The notes under the pieces were generated by a model, which was not told where the DNA came from, did not search any database, and saw only the letters and a program-made list of their open reading frames with translations. 64,000 bases of DNA from an uncultured Gammaproteobacteria bacterium. GTDB taxonomy: Bacteria; Patescibacteriota; Microgenomatia; UBA10105; UBA927. The stretch spans positions 76-64,075 of the forward strand of contig CAZVTT010000004.1 of the NCBI GenBank assembly GCA_964629685.1. Direction: 5' to 3'. Shown here piece by piece: positions 1 to 10,080 of this stretch; positions within the stretch are counted from its first letter, which is position 1; the number at the start of each line of letters is the position of its first letter. Made by a program: the position numbers and the translations under genes.

Positions 1-85
1 TACGAGAACTCGCTCGACGATCCGTCCGGCAACCGAAAAAAAGTTTACGGTGCCAATACGAGTCCGCTCAAGGCGGAGTGATAAG
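1..85 (+). ncRNA. SAM-I (S-box)-like riboswitch aptamer, 5' end cut off by the window edge
   Basis: GGCAACC...GGTGCCAAT P3 core; loop CTCG complementary to CGAG after AAT (pseudoknot position); P4 hairpin TCCGC-TCAAG-GCGGA; GATAAG at the P1 3' position; directly upstream of metK. Confidence 0.75.
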
Positions 86-93
86 CCCAAATG

Positions 94-137
94 GGAAAAA
101 TCAGAGACTCTCCTTGTGAGAGTTTTTTTGTTTTTCC
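94..137 (+). terminator. Intrinsic terminator / expression platform of the riboswitch
   Basis: GACTCTC-CTTGT-GAGAGTT hairpin followed by a T-run, between the aptamer and the metK RBS (GGAAAGGA). Confidence 0.7.
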
Positions 138-150
138 GGAAAGGATGCAT

Positions 151-1260
151 ATGATAAAACATTTTACTTCGGAGTCGGTAGCCGCAGGACATCCTGACAA
201 AATATGTGATCAGGTATCGGATGCCATTGTAGATGAGGCTTTACGATCGGATGCCGATGCCCGTGTTGCCGTAGAAACGCTTGCCACTACGGGCAGACTG
301 GTTCTTGCGGGAGAAGTAACGTGTACGGCTGCTCTACCCTATGAAAAGATTGCGCGGGAAGTGGTTAAATCACTGGGGTATACAGACAATCTCTTCCATT
401 TTACGCATAATTCGCCCGTATCGGTATATATACACGAGCAATCACCGGATATCGCCGTAGGGGTAGATACCGGTGGCGCCGGAGATCAGGGGATGATGTT
501 CGGATACGCCAACAGTGAAACACCCGAATACATGCCCTTACCGATTATTTTGGCGCACAGGTTGGCGGAACAAATGGATACCGTACGTGTACAAAACACG
601 TTACCATTTCTCCGTCCGGACGGTAAAACGGAGGTTAATATTGCATATGAAAACGGTAAACCGGTAAGAGTGGAGCACGTTGTTATTGCCGTGCCTCATG
701 ATCCGAAAATAACGGCTGCAGAAGTTAAGGAAGCGTTGATTGGTGCGGTAATCGAACCGATATTATCCAAATATAAATTTGCTCTTCCCCAAACGCAACA
801 AATAATTGTAAACGGTACTGGTAAGTGGGAAATCGGAGGTCCAGCATCAGATACGGGCGTCACCGGAAGAAAAATAATCGTAGACACATATGGAGCCTTT
901 GCCAGACACGGCGGAGGTGCATTTAGCGGTAAGGATCCTACTAAAGTAGACCGAAGCGGAGCATATGCGTGCCGCTATATTGCCAAAAACGTGGTCGCTG
1001 CCGGACTCGCGGATAGGTGTGAAGTACGGGTAGCGTATGTTATCGGTAAACGTGAGCCGCTTGCTAAGGAGCTGGAATGTTTTGGTACGGAATTAAAACC
1101 TTTAAAACAGATAGAAGAGTTTGCCTGGAAATTACTTGATTTGTCGGTCCCGGGTATTCTGGAAGGCTTATCGCTACGCCAGCCGATCTATCGGAATAGC
1201 GCCAGATACGGACATTTCGGACGCAACGGATTTCCCTGGGAAAATCTGATCCGAAAGTAG
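151..1260 (+). CDS. metK: S-adenosylmethionine synthetase
   Basis: FTSESV, GHPDK, GAGDQG and GGGAFSGKD motifs; start moved to 151, after the RBS. Confidence 0.97.
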   Translation: MIKHFTSESVAAGHPDKICDQVSDAIVDEALRSDADARVAVETLATTGRLVLAGEVTCTAALPYEKIAREVVKSLGYTDNLFHFTHNSPVSVYIHEQSPDIAVGVDTGGAGDQGMMFGYANSETPEYMPLPIILAHRLAEQMDTVRVQNTLPFLRPDGKTEVNIAYENGKPVRVEHVVIAVPHDPKITAAEVKEALIGAVIEPILSKYKFALPQTQQIIVNGTGKWEIGGPASDTGVTGRKIIVDTYGAFARHGGGAFSGKDPTKVDRSGAYACRYIAKNVVAAGLADRCEVRVAYVIGKREPLAKELECFGTELKPLKQIEEFAWKLLDLSVPGILEGLSLRQPIYRNSARYGHFGRNGFPWENLIRK

Positions 1261-1320
1261 TTTTTGCCGGATAGTATTTAACCTGGATTTATCCAAAATC
1301 GGGTAGTACAATGACCGCAC

Positions 1321-2526
1321 ATGGAACAATTCCAACCGTTGGCAGCTCGACTACGTCCGCAGTCCCTTGATGATGTTATCGGTCAGGAACACCTCGTCGG
1401 AAGTAACGGCGTTATCCGTAGGTTACTCCAGAGCGGTTTTTTACCTTCACTTATTCTGTGGGGACCGCCGGGTTCCGGGAAAACCTCCATTGCCACACTG
1501 CTGGCAGAGTTAACGAAAGCACATTTCGAATACAAATCAGCGGTAACCGTGGGATTGGAAGAAGTTCGTAGGGTGATGCGTGATGCGGCAACCAGACAAC
1601 AGGAACAACAGCAACGAACCATTCTCTTTATAGATGAAATTCATAGATTTAACAAAGCTCAGCAGGATGCGCTGCTTCCGCATGTAGAGAAAGGTACGGT
1701 CACCTTTATCGGCGCTACTACCGAAAATCCCTCATTTGAAGTAATTGCTCCGTTGTTATCCCGTTGCCGGGTGTTGGTATTAAAAGCACTGTCAGACGAA
1801 CATTTAAATATGTTAATTGACCGGGGATTAGCGGAACTTCACAAAAGTATTCGTGCCGATGCCAGAAACTTCCTCCGACAGGCTGCCAACGGCGACGGTA
1901 GAGTGTTACTCACAATTTTAGAAATTGCAGCTCAGCTTACCAGTGGGAAAACTGCCCTATCGGTAGCGGATATAGAAATGGCCAGCCAGAAAAAAATGTT
2001 ACAGTATGATACCAAAGGAGAAGAACACTACAACACAATCAGCGCGTATATAAAAAGTATGCGCGCCAGTCAGGTAGATGCGGCGTTGTATTATCTTGCC
2101 AGGATGGTAGACGCAGGAGAAGATCCGCTGTTTATTGCCCGAAGGATGGTTATATTTGCTGCGGAAGATATAGGACTTGCCCAACCCACGGCACAAGTGG
2201 TTGCAAATGCCGTATTTGATGCCTGTCATAAAATAGGTTATCCCGAAGCCGGTATAAATTTAGCCTTCGGTACAGCGTATTTAGCTCAGGCAAAAAAAGA
2301 CCGTTCTGCCTATGATGCATACTTCTCCGCGCTTGAAGATGTTAAGCGCTTCGGAAATTTGCCCATTCCATTAGTCGTCAGGAATGCACCCACCGCCCTC
2401 ATGAAGGAATTGGGCTATGGAAAAGGGTATACCGCATATACGGAAGAGAGTTATCTGCCGGAGAAAATTAAGGACAAACACTATTATAAATCCGCAAAAC
2501 CTTTAGAAAAGGAAACACGAAAATAA
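1321..2526 (+). CDS. rarA: Replication-associated recombination protein A (AAA+ ATPase, RarA/MgsA)
   Basis: PLAARLRP, Walker A GPPGSGKT, DEIHRFNKAQQD, ATTENP, EDIGLA. Confidence 0.93.
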   Translation: MEQFQPLAARLRPQSLDDVIGQEHLVGSNGVIRRLLQSGFLPSLILWGPPGSGKTSIATLLAELTKAHFEYKSAVTVGLEEVRRVMRDAATRQQEQQQRTILFIDEIHRFNKAQQDALLPHVEKGTVTFIGATTENPSFEVIAPLLSRCRVLVLKALSDEHLNMLIDRGLAELHKSIRADARNFLRQAANGDGRVLLTILEIAAQLTSGKTALSVADIEMASQKKMLQYDTKGEEHYNTISAYIKSMRASQVDAALYYLARMVDAGEDPLFIARRMVIFAAEDIGLAQPTAQVVANAVFDACHKIGYPEAGINLAFGTAYLAQAKKDRSAYDAYFSALEDVKRFGNLPIPLVVRNAPTALMKELGYGKGYTAYTEESYLPEKIKDKHYYKSAKPLEKETRK

Positions 2527-2528
2527 TT

Positions 2529-2963
2529 ATGAAACAGGAAATATCCGCCGGTGGTGTAGTTTTTTTTGCGCATAATGCCGACCTTCCGGTACTGGCGCTT
2601 TTAGACATGAAGCATAATTGGACATTCCCTAAAGGAATAGTAGATCCCGGCGAAACGTTTGAGCAGGCCGCTGCCAGAGAGATTGGAGAAGAGACCGGAA
2701 TTACCGAGATACGACTACTCGCTCCGCTTGCAACTATCAGGTATACGTTCAACCGGAATGAACCTATAGATAAAACAGTCCATTATTTTCTTTTTGTTTC
2801 CGAATCGAATAAAACACCGGTCCCTCAGATGGCTGAAGGAATAACGGCCGTACGTTGGATTCCCTACAAACAGCTGCAGCAGGAAATTGGATATAAACAG
2901 ACCAATTTGTCTATTCTGGATTTAGCCTATCGGAAATTCAAAAATCTGTGCGATACTGTATAG
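2529..2963 (+). CDS. NUDIX hydrolase (Ap4A hydrolase-like)
   Basis: SAGGVV, WTFPKG and Nudix box GETFEQAAAREIGEETGI. Confidence 0.88.
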   Translation: MKQEISAGGVVFFAHNADLPVLALLDMKHNWTFPKGIVDPGETFEQAAAREIGEETGITEIRLLAPLATIRYTFNRNEPIDKTVHYFLFVSESNKTPVPQMAEGITAVRWIPYKQLQQEIGYKQTNLSILDLAYRKFKNLCDTV

Positions 2964-3003
2964 AGTCAACTAAACGTATTGCTATACTCACATTCATACC
3001 TAT

Positions 3004-3693
3004 ATGTTAATGCTTTTACATGGCGAAAACGTTGCCGCTTCCAGAGCGGAGCTGGACAGGGTTAAAGCGACGGCATCCACAAAAGAAATCAGGTTAGTGG
3101 AGGGAAAATCCATAGAATCGGCTGCGCTTACACAAGCTCTGCAATCCACCTCACTGTTTGGTGGCGATACACTGGTAATAATAGAACAGCTTTTCGGATC
3201 AATTCTTAAAAAAACTACGCAAGTAAAAGAACGCGCACAAATCCTGGCTAACAAATCTCCGGAAATTGATGTCGTACTATGGGAAGAAAAAGAAATAGGT
3301 AAAACCGCCATAAATGAACTGGATGCGCATTGTAAAATTATGTTATTCGATCTACCCAAGACGTTATTTCAATTTCTGGACGGAATAGGTCCCCAACATA
3401 CTAAATCCATACTATCATTGTATGAACAAACCATTTCCACCGAAGCTCCGGAGTTAATCCATAATTTGTTAGTGAAGCGCATCCGTCACCTGTTGATGAT
3501 ATGTGACGGCGTAAATCCGCCGGGGATGTCTGCCTGGCAGCTGGGGCGTTTGACAAAGCAAGCTAAGTTGTTTACGATTACCAGGCTTCTCTCTATGTAC
3601 CATAATCTTACTGTCATAGAGCATGCCGTTAAAAGCGGGGCCACACCGTTCCGTCTGTCTCAACTCACACAGCAATTATTATTAACCGTCTAA
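3004..3693 (+). CDS. holA: DNA polymerase III delta subunit-like protein (short form)
   Basis: N-terminal LLHGEN, SLFG motif, C-terminal helical region ending in KSG; only 229 aa. Confidence 0.65.
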   Translation: MLMLLHGENVAASRAELDRVKATASTKEIRLVEGKSIESAALTQALQSTSLFGGDTLVIIEQLFGSILKKTTQVKERAQILANKSPEIDVVLWEEKEIGKTAINELDAHCKIMLFDLPKTLFQFLDGIGPQHTKSILSLYEQTISTEAPELIHNLLVKRIRHLLMICDGVNPPGMSAWQLGRLTKQAKLFTITRLLSMYHNLTVIEHAVKSGATPFRLSQLTQQLLLTV

Positions 3694-3714
3694 CATTGAT
3701 ATAAAGGAGGCAAT

Positions 3715-5079
3715 ATGCCGATAGATACATCAATATTTAAAGATTATGACGTCCGGGGAACGTATCCCAATCAACTAAATGGTGAAGTTGCCACGCAGAT
3801 TGCCCATGCCATAGTCCGACACTTTAAACCTCAGACCGTTGCTATCGTAAGGGATATGCGTTTGTCTGGTCAGGAAATCCGTGATGCCATGGTTCAAGTG
3901 TTTACAGCTCTGGGGGTAAACGTTTTTGATGCCGGCCTTGGTGGAACGGAAATGGCCTATTTTATTGCGGGAACAAAGCCATACGATTTGGTATTGATGA
4001 TTTCCGCTTCGCATAATCCTCCCGAATATAACGGACTAAAAGTGGTAAAACGGGGACCGGTGGCCGTTACCAGCGATAGCGGACTATATACCGTACGGGA
4101 TTTACTCAGCCAAGGAGCATTGCCGCCGTCAGAGAAACCGGGAACGGTTACGGACATTAATCTTCAGGATGAATGGCGCGATAAAATACTTTCACTTATC
4201 GATACGCAGGCGCTAAAACCGCTCAATGTCGTTGTAGATGGCGGAAACGGAATGGGTGGCGTGTTAGTACAGAAAGTATTTGCCGGTTTGCCGTTCACGG
4301 TAAATTATCTTTATGCTGAACCGGACGGCCATTTCCCTAATCATGTCCCGAATCCCCTGATCGAAAAGAATAATGCGGATTTAATAGCCAAAGTAAACGA
4401 ACTGCATGCAGATGTCGGGCTAACGTTTGACGGAGATGCTGACCGTATGTTCCTTATAGATGATAAAGGGCGCACAATTTCGGGGACCATAACCACAGCA
4501 TTACTGTCACGCTATATTCTCCACAAGCATCCGGGTGAAACCATTCTCTATAACGCCATCTGCGGAAGGGTCGTTCCGAAAGTTATTACCGAAAGCAACG
4601 GTAAAAGCCAACGGGTACGTGTAGGACACAGCTACATTAAAACGTACATGAAACAGACAAACGCCATTTTTGCGGGAGAACATTCCGGACATTATTACCA
4701 CCGGGACTTTTTCTCTGCAGAAAGTGGTGTGCTGACGGCATTAATGGTACTTTCACTGCTCTCGACTGAAGGAAAGAAGTTGTCTGTAATGGTCGATGAA
4801 TTGGATATATATCCTGCCAGCGGGGAAATAAATTTCGTAGTCGCCGATATCCCCAGTGTAGTAAACGCCATTCGCACCGGATTTCCCGATGCAACTTCCA
4901 AGGACGAACTGGATGGTGTCAGCGTCTGGTACAAGGATTACTGGTTTAATATCCGGGCATCCAAAACTGAGCCATTATTGCGGCTTAATTTAGAAGCCGA
5001 TACAACAGAAATATTATCGGTTAAAACAGCAGAGTTGGTAGCTTTGATTGAATCATTGGGCGGAAAAAGGAAGGGATAA
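3715..5079 (+). CDS. manB: Phosphomannomutase/phosphoglucomutase
   Basis: IFKDYDVRG, phospho-Ser motif SASHNP, metal loop FDGDADR, GEHSGH; RBS AAGGAGG. Confidence 0.92.
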   Translation: MPIDTSIFKDYDVRGTYPNQLNGEVATQIAHAIVRHFKPQTVAIVRDMRLSGQEIRDAMVQVFTALGVNVFDAGLGGTEMAYFIAGTKPYDLVLMISASHNPPEYNGLKVVKRGPVAVTSDSGLYTVRDLLSQGALPPSEKPGTVTDINLQDEWRDKILSLIDTQALKPLNVVVDGGNGMGGVLVQKVFAGLPFTVNYLYAEPDGHFPNHVPNPLIEKNNADLIAKVNELHADVGLTFDGDADRMFLIDDKGRTISGTITTALLSRYILHKHPGETILYNAICGRVVPKVITESNGKSQRVRVGHSYIKTYMKQTNAIFAGEHSGHYYHRDFFSAESGVLTALMVLSLLSTEGKKLSVMVDELDIYPASGEINFVVADIPSVVNAIRTGFPDATSKDELDGVSVWYKDYWFNIRASKTEPLLRLNLEADTTEILSVKTAELVALIESLGGKRKG

Positions 5080-5082
5080 CAC

Positions 5083-6252
5083 ATGAATGTTAAACGACCG
5101 TATCTGATTATAACCAAGCTCATAGAGCAACCCACCTGGGGTGGAAGTTACATTTGTCAACTCAAAGCATGGAATACCGTCCCGTTCCTGGAAGGGAAAA
5201 AAATAGGTCAAAGTTATGAGTTATTCGGCGGTTCCAAATTGGCAGTAAATATTACGGATTCCCACAATCCGGATTTTACCCCGGAATTGGGATTTGCGGA
5301 CAAACCAGATACCGTTACTGACCATTTCCATTTGCAACCAGGTACCGGATATGTGACGATTGCTGATTTTATCAAAGACCACGGAGCAGAATTCGTAGGC
5401 GAAAAAGTATGGAATGCATATCACGGAATGCCGCTGCTCATTAAACTTAATCAGGCAAGTGGTAATTCGTTCCAGCTGCACCTGAGGCCGCACGAAACCC
5501 ATAGCCGTTGGAAACCCAAGGCTGAATCTTGGTACTATCTGCAAAACGGTCGTTTAACATTCGGTATTAAACGCGGTATAGACATTCAGGAGTACAAACG
5601 GGTCTGCCATAAAATAAATACATACATGCAGGAATTAAGCACAAAAATAAAAACCGATAAGCTTACGCTAACGGCTGCAAGAGCCGAAGCATTAGCCTTT
5701 GTGGCTGCCGAAAATCCCTGGAAGTTCGTAAATGTTCATGAAGCGGAAAAAAATTCTATTATAGATTTATCGCGTGGCGGCATACATCATTCCTGGGAAG
5801 AAAATACACTTCCCGGTAGTCCGGGAAATGTCATATATGAAGTGCAGCAAGATGTAATGGATCCCGATTGCACTATCCGTTCGTTTGATCAGGGGAAAAT
5901 TAAAGATTCCGGTGATATCCGGGAAATTCACATAGATGACTATTTTGCCGCTATAGATACGGATCCTGACCATAACGATATTGCACAATCTACATTTATC
6001 CGGAAGGGGAACGAATTATTGCGTACGCCAATATACAATGTGGATTTGCTCACCGTGGAAAATAAAGTCACGGATTCCAGTAACGATACATTTGCTCACC
6101 TGTTCGTTGAATCCGGTAATGTGGAAGTATCTACCGTAGACGGTACGGTCGCTGCGGGTACCGGGCATAGTGTTTTTATTCCCCATGCATGCGGAGAGTA
6201 TGAAATCACGGCCTTAGACGGTACTGCCAAAATAGTTAAAACGTTCATGTAA
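5083..6252 (+). CDS. Class I mannose-6-phosphate isomerase-like cupin
   Basis: WGG, PLLIK, SFQLH, KAESWY, GIHH and EVQQ match type I PMI metal-ligand motifs; lies between manB and pgi. Confidence 0.7.
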   Translation: MNVKRPYLIITKLIEQPTWGGSYICQLKAWNTVPFLEGKKIGQSYELFGGSKLAVNITDSHNPDFTPELGFADKPDTVTDHFHLQPGTGYVTIADFIKDHGAEFVGEKVWNAYHGMPLLIKLNQASGNSFQLHLRPHETHSRWKPKAESWYYLQNGRLTFGIKRGIDIQEYKRVCHKINTYMQELSTKIKTDKLTLTAARAEALAFVAAENPWKFVNVHEAEKNSIIDLSRGGIHHSWEENTLPGSPGNVIYEVQQDVMDPDCTIRSFDQGKIKDSGDIREIHIDDYFAAIDTDPDHNDIAQSTFIRKGNELLRTPIYNVDLLTVENKVTDSSNDTFAHLFVESGNVEVSTVDGTVAAGTGHSVFIPHACGEYEITALDGTAKIVKTFM

Positions 6253-6256
6253 TCCT

Positions 6257-7870
6257 ATGATGTTTTCAAAACTTTCAAGCGTAAGCGCACTTAAAAAGCA
6301 TCATGCAGCTATTGCTGCCGCACACATCCGTGATTTATTTCGTGATGATCCGAAACGTTCGGAAACGTTCAGCCTAAATGTGGGTGATATTTACGTAGAT
6401 TTTGCAAAGCATCGGATTACCCCTGAAACGGTTACATTGTTGCTCGATCTGGCAAAAGAAACACAGGTAGAAGAACAACGAAACAACATGTTTTCCGGTC
6501 AAAAAATTAACGTTACCGAAAACAGGGCTGTACTGCACGTAGCACTACGAAACGTTTCCAATACACCAATAAACGTAGACGGAAAAAACGTTATGCCTGA
6601 TGTTAATTCAGTATTGGACCACATGAAAACATTTTCGACGGCTATTCGATCGGGAGCATGGAAAGGTTACACAGGCAAACGGATAAAAAATATTATAAAT
6701 ATTGGCATTGGGGGATCAGACCTGGGGCCCGTCATGACATTTGAAGCACTCAGATGGTATAGCGACAGGAATTTAACCGTCAGATTTGTTTCCAACGTGG
6801 ACGGAACACACTTCACGGAAATGACCCGCGATATTAATCCTGAAGAAACTTTATTTATTATCGCTTCCAAAACGTTTACTACGGAAGAAACCATGACAAA
6901 TGCCCGATCTGCGCGGAACTGGCTATTAGAGACACTCAAAGATGAAGCGTCTATCGCCAAACACTTTGTGGCGCTTTCAACAAATACTGCTGCCGTAACG
7001 GATTTTGGAATTGATCCTGCGAATATGTTTGTGTTTTGGGACTGGGTGGGAGGAAGATACTCGTTAACCAGTGCGATAGGGTTGTCCATTATGATTGCAA
7101 TCGGGACGGAAAATTTTGAAGAATTGCTGAAGGGCTTTCATATCATGGACACGCACTTCCTTACAGCCCCGTTGGCACGGAATATTCCCGTAATTCTTGC
7201 ACTCCTGGGTATTTGGTATAACAATTTTTTTCAGGCGCAAACCCATGCGATTCTTCCGTATGATCAATACCTGGTTCGGTTTCCCGCATATTTTCAGCAA
7301 GGAGACATGGAAAGTAACGGAAAATCTGTTACCAGACAAGGACAATATGTTGATTACGAAACCGGTCCCATCATCTGGGGTGAACCGGGGACGAACGGAC
7401 AACATGCGTTTTACCAGTTACTACATCAGGGTACCAAGTGTATTCCTTGTGATTTTATAGTTTTTGCGGAATCGCTAAATCCGCTTTCCGATCATCAGAC
7501 CAAGTTGGTTGCCAATTGTTTTGCACAGGCGGAAGCACTCGCATTCGGAAAAACGGAAATAGAAGTCAGAAACGAGAATATCCCAGAAGCACTGGTACCC
7601 CATAAGGTGTTTGCCGGAAATCATCCCAGTACAACTATCCTGGCCAAACGGTTAACTCCGTCTGTTTTGGGACAACTTATTGCACTCTATGAACATAAAA
7701 TATTTACTCAGGGTGCTATCTGGAACATAAACTCTTTTGATCAATTTGGAGTGGAATTGGGTAAAGTGTTATCCCAAAAAATATTTTCTGAACTACAGGA
7801 TTCAGTTAAAGAGTTGGCACACGACAGTTCCACCAATGCATTGATTCAGACATACCGCAAACTGAAATAA
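6257..7870 (+). CDS. pgi: Glucose-6-phosphate isomerase
   Basis: [38 protein letters not shown]. Confidence 0.97.
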   Translation: MMFSKLSSVSALKKHHAAIAAAHIRDLFRDDPKRSETFSLNVGDIYVDFAKHRITPETVTLLLDLAKETQVEEQRNNMFSGQKINVTENRAVLHVALRNVSNTPINVDGKNVMPDVNSVLDHMKTFSTAIRSGAWKGYTGKRIKNIINIGIGGSDLGPVMTFEALRWYSDRNLTVRFVSNVDGTHFTEMTRDINPEETLFIIASKTFTTEETMTNARSARNWLLETLKDEASIAKHFVALSTNTAAVTDFGIDPANMFVFWDWVGGRYSLTSAIGLSIMIAIGTENFEELLKGFHIMDTHFLTAPLARNIPVILALLGIWYNNFFQAQTHAILPYDQYLVRFPAYFQQGDMESNGKSVTRQGQYVDYETGPIIWGEPGTNGQHAFYQLLHQGTKCIPCDFIVFAESLNPLSDHQTKLVANCFAQAEALAFGKTEIEVRNENIPEALVPHKVFAGNHPSTTILAKRLTPSVLGQLIALYEHKIFTQGAIWNINSFDQFGVELGKVLSQKIFSELQDSVKELAHDSSTNALIQTYRKLK

Positions 7871-7910
7871 TACCAAGCACCGTAAAAGCTGCTCATTAAT
7901 GGAGGTGTAT

Positions 7911-10004
7911 ATGGATCATCGTCTACTCAGGTTAATTATTGCAGCTGCTTTCGCCGTACTGGCAAACGTGTTTTTCTTCCAGCCGGTCGGAACCGGCATG
8001 ATTTCCCTCACCGCTATAGCGTTATGGGGATTGCTTACGTTGATATTCATTACTAACCGAAATACCACACACAACACGGCAACAATTTTGGGTTACGGTG
8101 TGTCCGTGGTAACGCTTGCTACGCTTGCAGGATGGCGGGGTAGTCCGGTGGCACAAAGCATTGTGCTGGGAGGTGCCTTCGGTTCCGTAATGCTCTACGC
8201 CTACGCTCTGGCATCCGGTGTTCCGGCGGTACGTTCATTTATGGAACTGCTGCTCGTACCGTTTAGTTTCATTGGCTCATATCTTTCTGCCTGGTTGGAG
8301 GGTATAACTCATGCCTCGGATACGCCTAAACTCTTTGGTATTACCAAAGCCGTATCGTTAAGGTTGCTTACAACGATAATCGGGATAATAGTCGGACTGC
8401 CCATAGCCGGGATTTTGTTGCTGCTGTTTGTAAAAGCTGACCCAATATTTGCCAAAGTGGTTACTGATACCTTCCAAACGTTTAAGTTCGGTGATATTAC
8501 CAATAGATTAATATTAACCTTGGGTCTATTTATTCTGCTTTCACCGTTAGGTTTCCTAAAAATTAATCAGGAATTTACGTCTCCTTCACAACTTTTTACA
8601 AAAACCCATTTCTCGCAAATAATGACCATAGTTTTGGCCATGGTTTCCGGAGTATTGGGACTCTTTTTAATCGTACAATGGCCATATATTTTCGTACGGG
8701 TTGCCGGTGAAACCGATTTAAGCACGTTTGGTATCGCCACGTACTCCGAATACGTCAAACGCGGGTTTTCCGAATTACTGCTGATCAGCTCAATGGTATA
8801 TGCATTACTTTGGACCGGATTACTCGCACTCCGCGGCAAAAGAATTTCAGAGGGTAAAATATTGACCGTTATGCAATTGTTCCTGCTCAGTGAATTTGCA
8901 ATATTTATTCTGTCTGTAGCCAGACGCATTAAATTATATTGGGACTTCCACGGCTTAACATTAGTCAGGGTTTACGGTGGCATCTTTTTGGCTTGGATTA
9001 CCATATTTACTGTAACGCTCTGTTTACGTCTATGGTTTAAACAACGGATAGTACGATTGGAATTACTACTTTTAGCACTATTGTTATTGGGTGTGGGAGC
9101 ATGGAATGCAGAGCAATATATAATTTATCACCATCCGCCTACGGTAAACGGCCAGGTTGATTATGTCTACCTTGCCCGATTATCCGCAGATGGGTATGAC
9201 GGCTGGAGACAGGCGTATACCCATGCAGATGCCGTACTGAATAATCCCGAACTTACTACTTCAGCGGTGATCGGAAAAGAACAACGACGCGATATCGCAT
9301 ACGCAGGGATGGTAGTCGGAATTTTATCCCAAAAATATGATGACTTAATTCAACGGTATGGATCCGCTGACGAACAGAAAGAATATTTAAAAATAGTATT
9401 GATGCAAGAAAAACAACGGATCGACACATTTATACCCCAAATTCAATCGGATCTGACATTGATTCAACAGAAAGGCAACAATGTCAACGCCCGGTGGGAT
9501 GGTTTGTTTATTCCTGCGTTTACGCGTGACGGCAGAAGTTCGGAACTGGGGGCAACCCGTGATACCCTGCGCGAATCGTCCAAACGGATATCCGAAACTC
9601 TCCAAACACTTGCGGATAGTAGTCAGAGCGGTACACAACGTTTGGCCATCGTTAAACCACAGGTACCGGGAAGGTTGGCAAACTTCGTTCATGGTTCGTG
9701 CGGTTTGGTGTTCTCCAGTGAAACAATGGCCACGCAATGGTGCATGCCGTCATTTTATGTTGTTTTCCCCCAGGGTCAGGAAGAATTTGTTCAACCGACA
9801 GTATGGTCACGTCTGGCTTCCTGGAACGGGATAGAAGAACACGTCTATAGACAATTTCGGATGGATATACCATACGGTGATCTGCAGCAGTTACAGGAAC
9901 GGTATTTGACGCTTTATGAACGGATACTGGCACAAAACGATTCCGAAAAAGAATACGCGCAGGATATATCGTTTGACGCGCCATTTCTGGCTCCGATTAA
10001 TTGA
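7911..10004 (+). CDS. Multi-pass membrane protein, DUF4153/DUF4173-like
   Basis: About 12 hydrophobic segments, ADPIF, TYSEYVKRGFSEL, GLTLVRVY, DYVYLARLSADG; RBS GGAGGTG before 7911. Confidence 0.7.
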   Translation: MDHRLLRLIIAAAFAVLANVFFFQPVGTGMISLTAIALWGLLTLIFITNRNTTHNTATILGYGVSVVTLATLAGWRGSPVAQSIVLGGAFGSVMLYAYALASGVPAVRSFMELLLVPFSFIGSYLSAWLEGITHASDTPKLFGITKAVSLRLLTTIIGIIVGLPIAGILLLLFVKADPIFAKVVTDTFQTFKFGDITNRLILTLGLFILLSPLGFLKINQEFTSPSQLFTKTHFSQIMTIVLAMVSGVLGLFLIVQWPYIFVRVAGETDLSTFGIATYSEYVKRGFSELLLISSMVYALLWTGLLALRGKRISEGKILTVMQLFLLSEFAIFILSVARRIKLYWDFHGLTLVRVYGGIFLAWITIFTVTLCLRLWFKQRIVRLELLLLALLLLGVGAWNAEQYIIYHHPPTVNGQVDYVYLARLSADGYDGWRQAYTHADAVLNNPELTTSAVIGKEQRRDIAYAGMVVGILSQKYDDLIQRYGSADEQKEYLKIVLMQEKQRIDTFIPQIQSDLTLIQQKGNNVNARWDGLFIPAFTRDGRSSELGATRDTLRESSKRISETLQTLADSSQSGTQRLAIVKPQVPGRLANFVHGSCGLVFSSETMATQWCMPSFYVVFPQGQEEFVQPTVWSRLASWNGIEEHVYRQFRMDIPYGDLQQLQERYLTLYERILAQNDSEKEYAQDISFDAPFLAPIN

Positions 10005-10080
10005 CGCGTAATCGGAAAAAAATTACCGAATATATTAAACCACTTGCACTCTCTGGTGTGATTATCCATACTAGAATTAT

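Noticed and set aside
91-150. ORF-track N-terminal extension of MetK
   Set aside because: It overlaps the riboswitch terminator; recognisable MetK sequence and the RBS point to a start at 151 (or 145).
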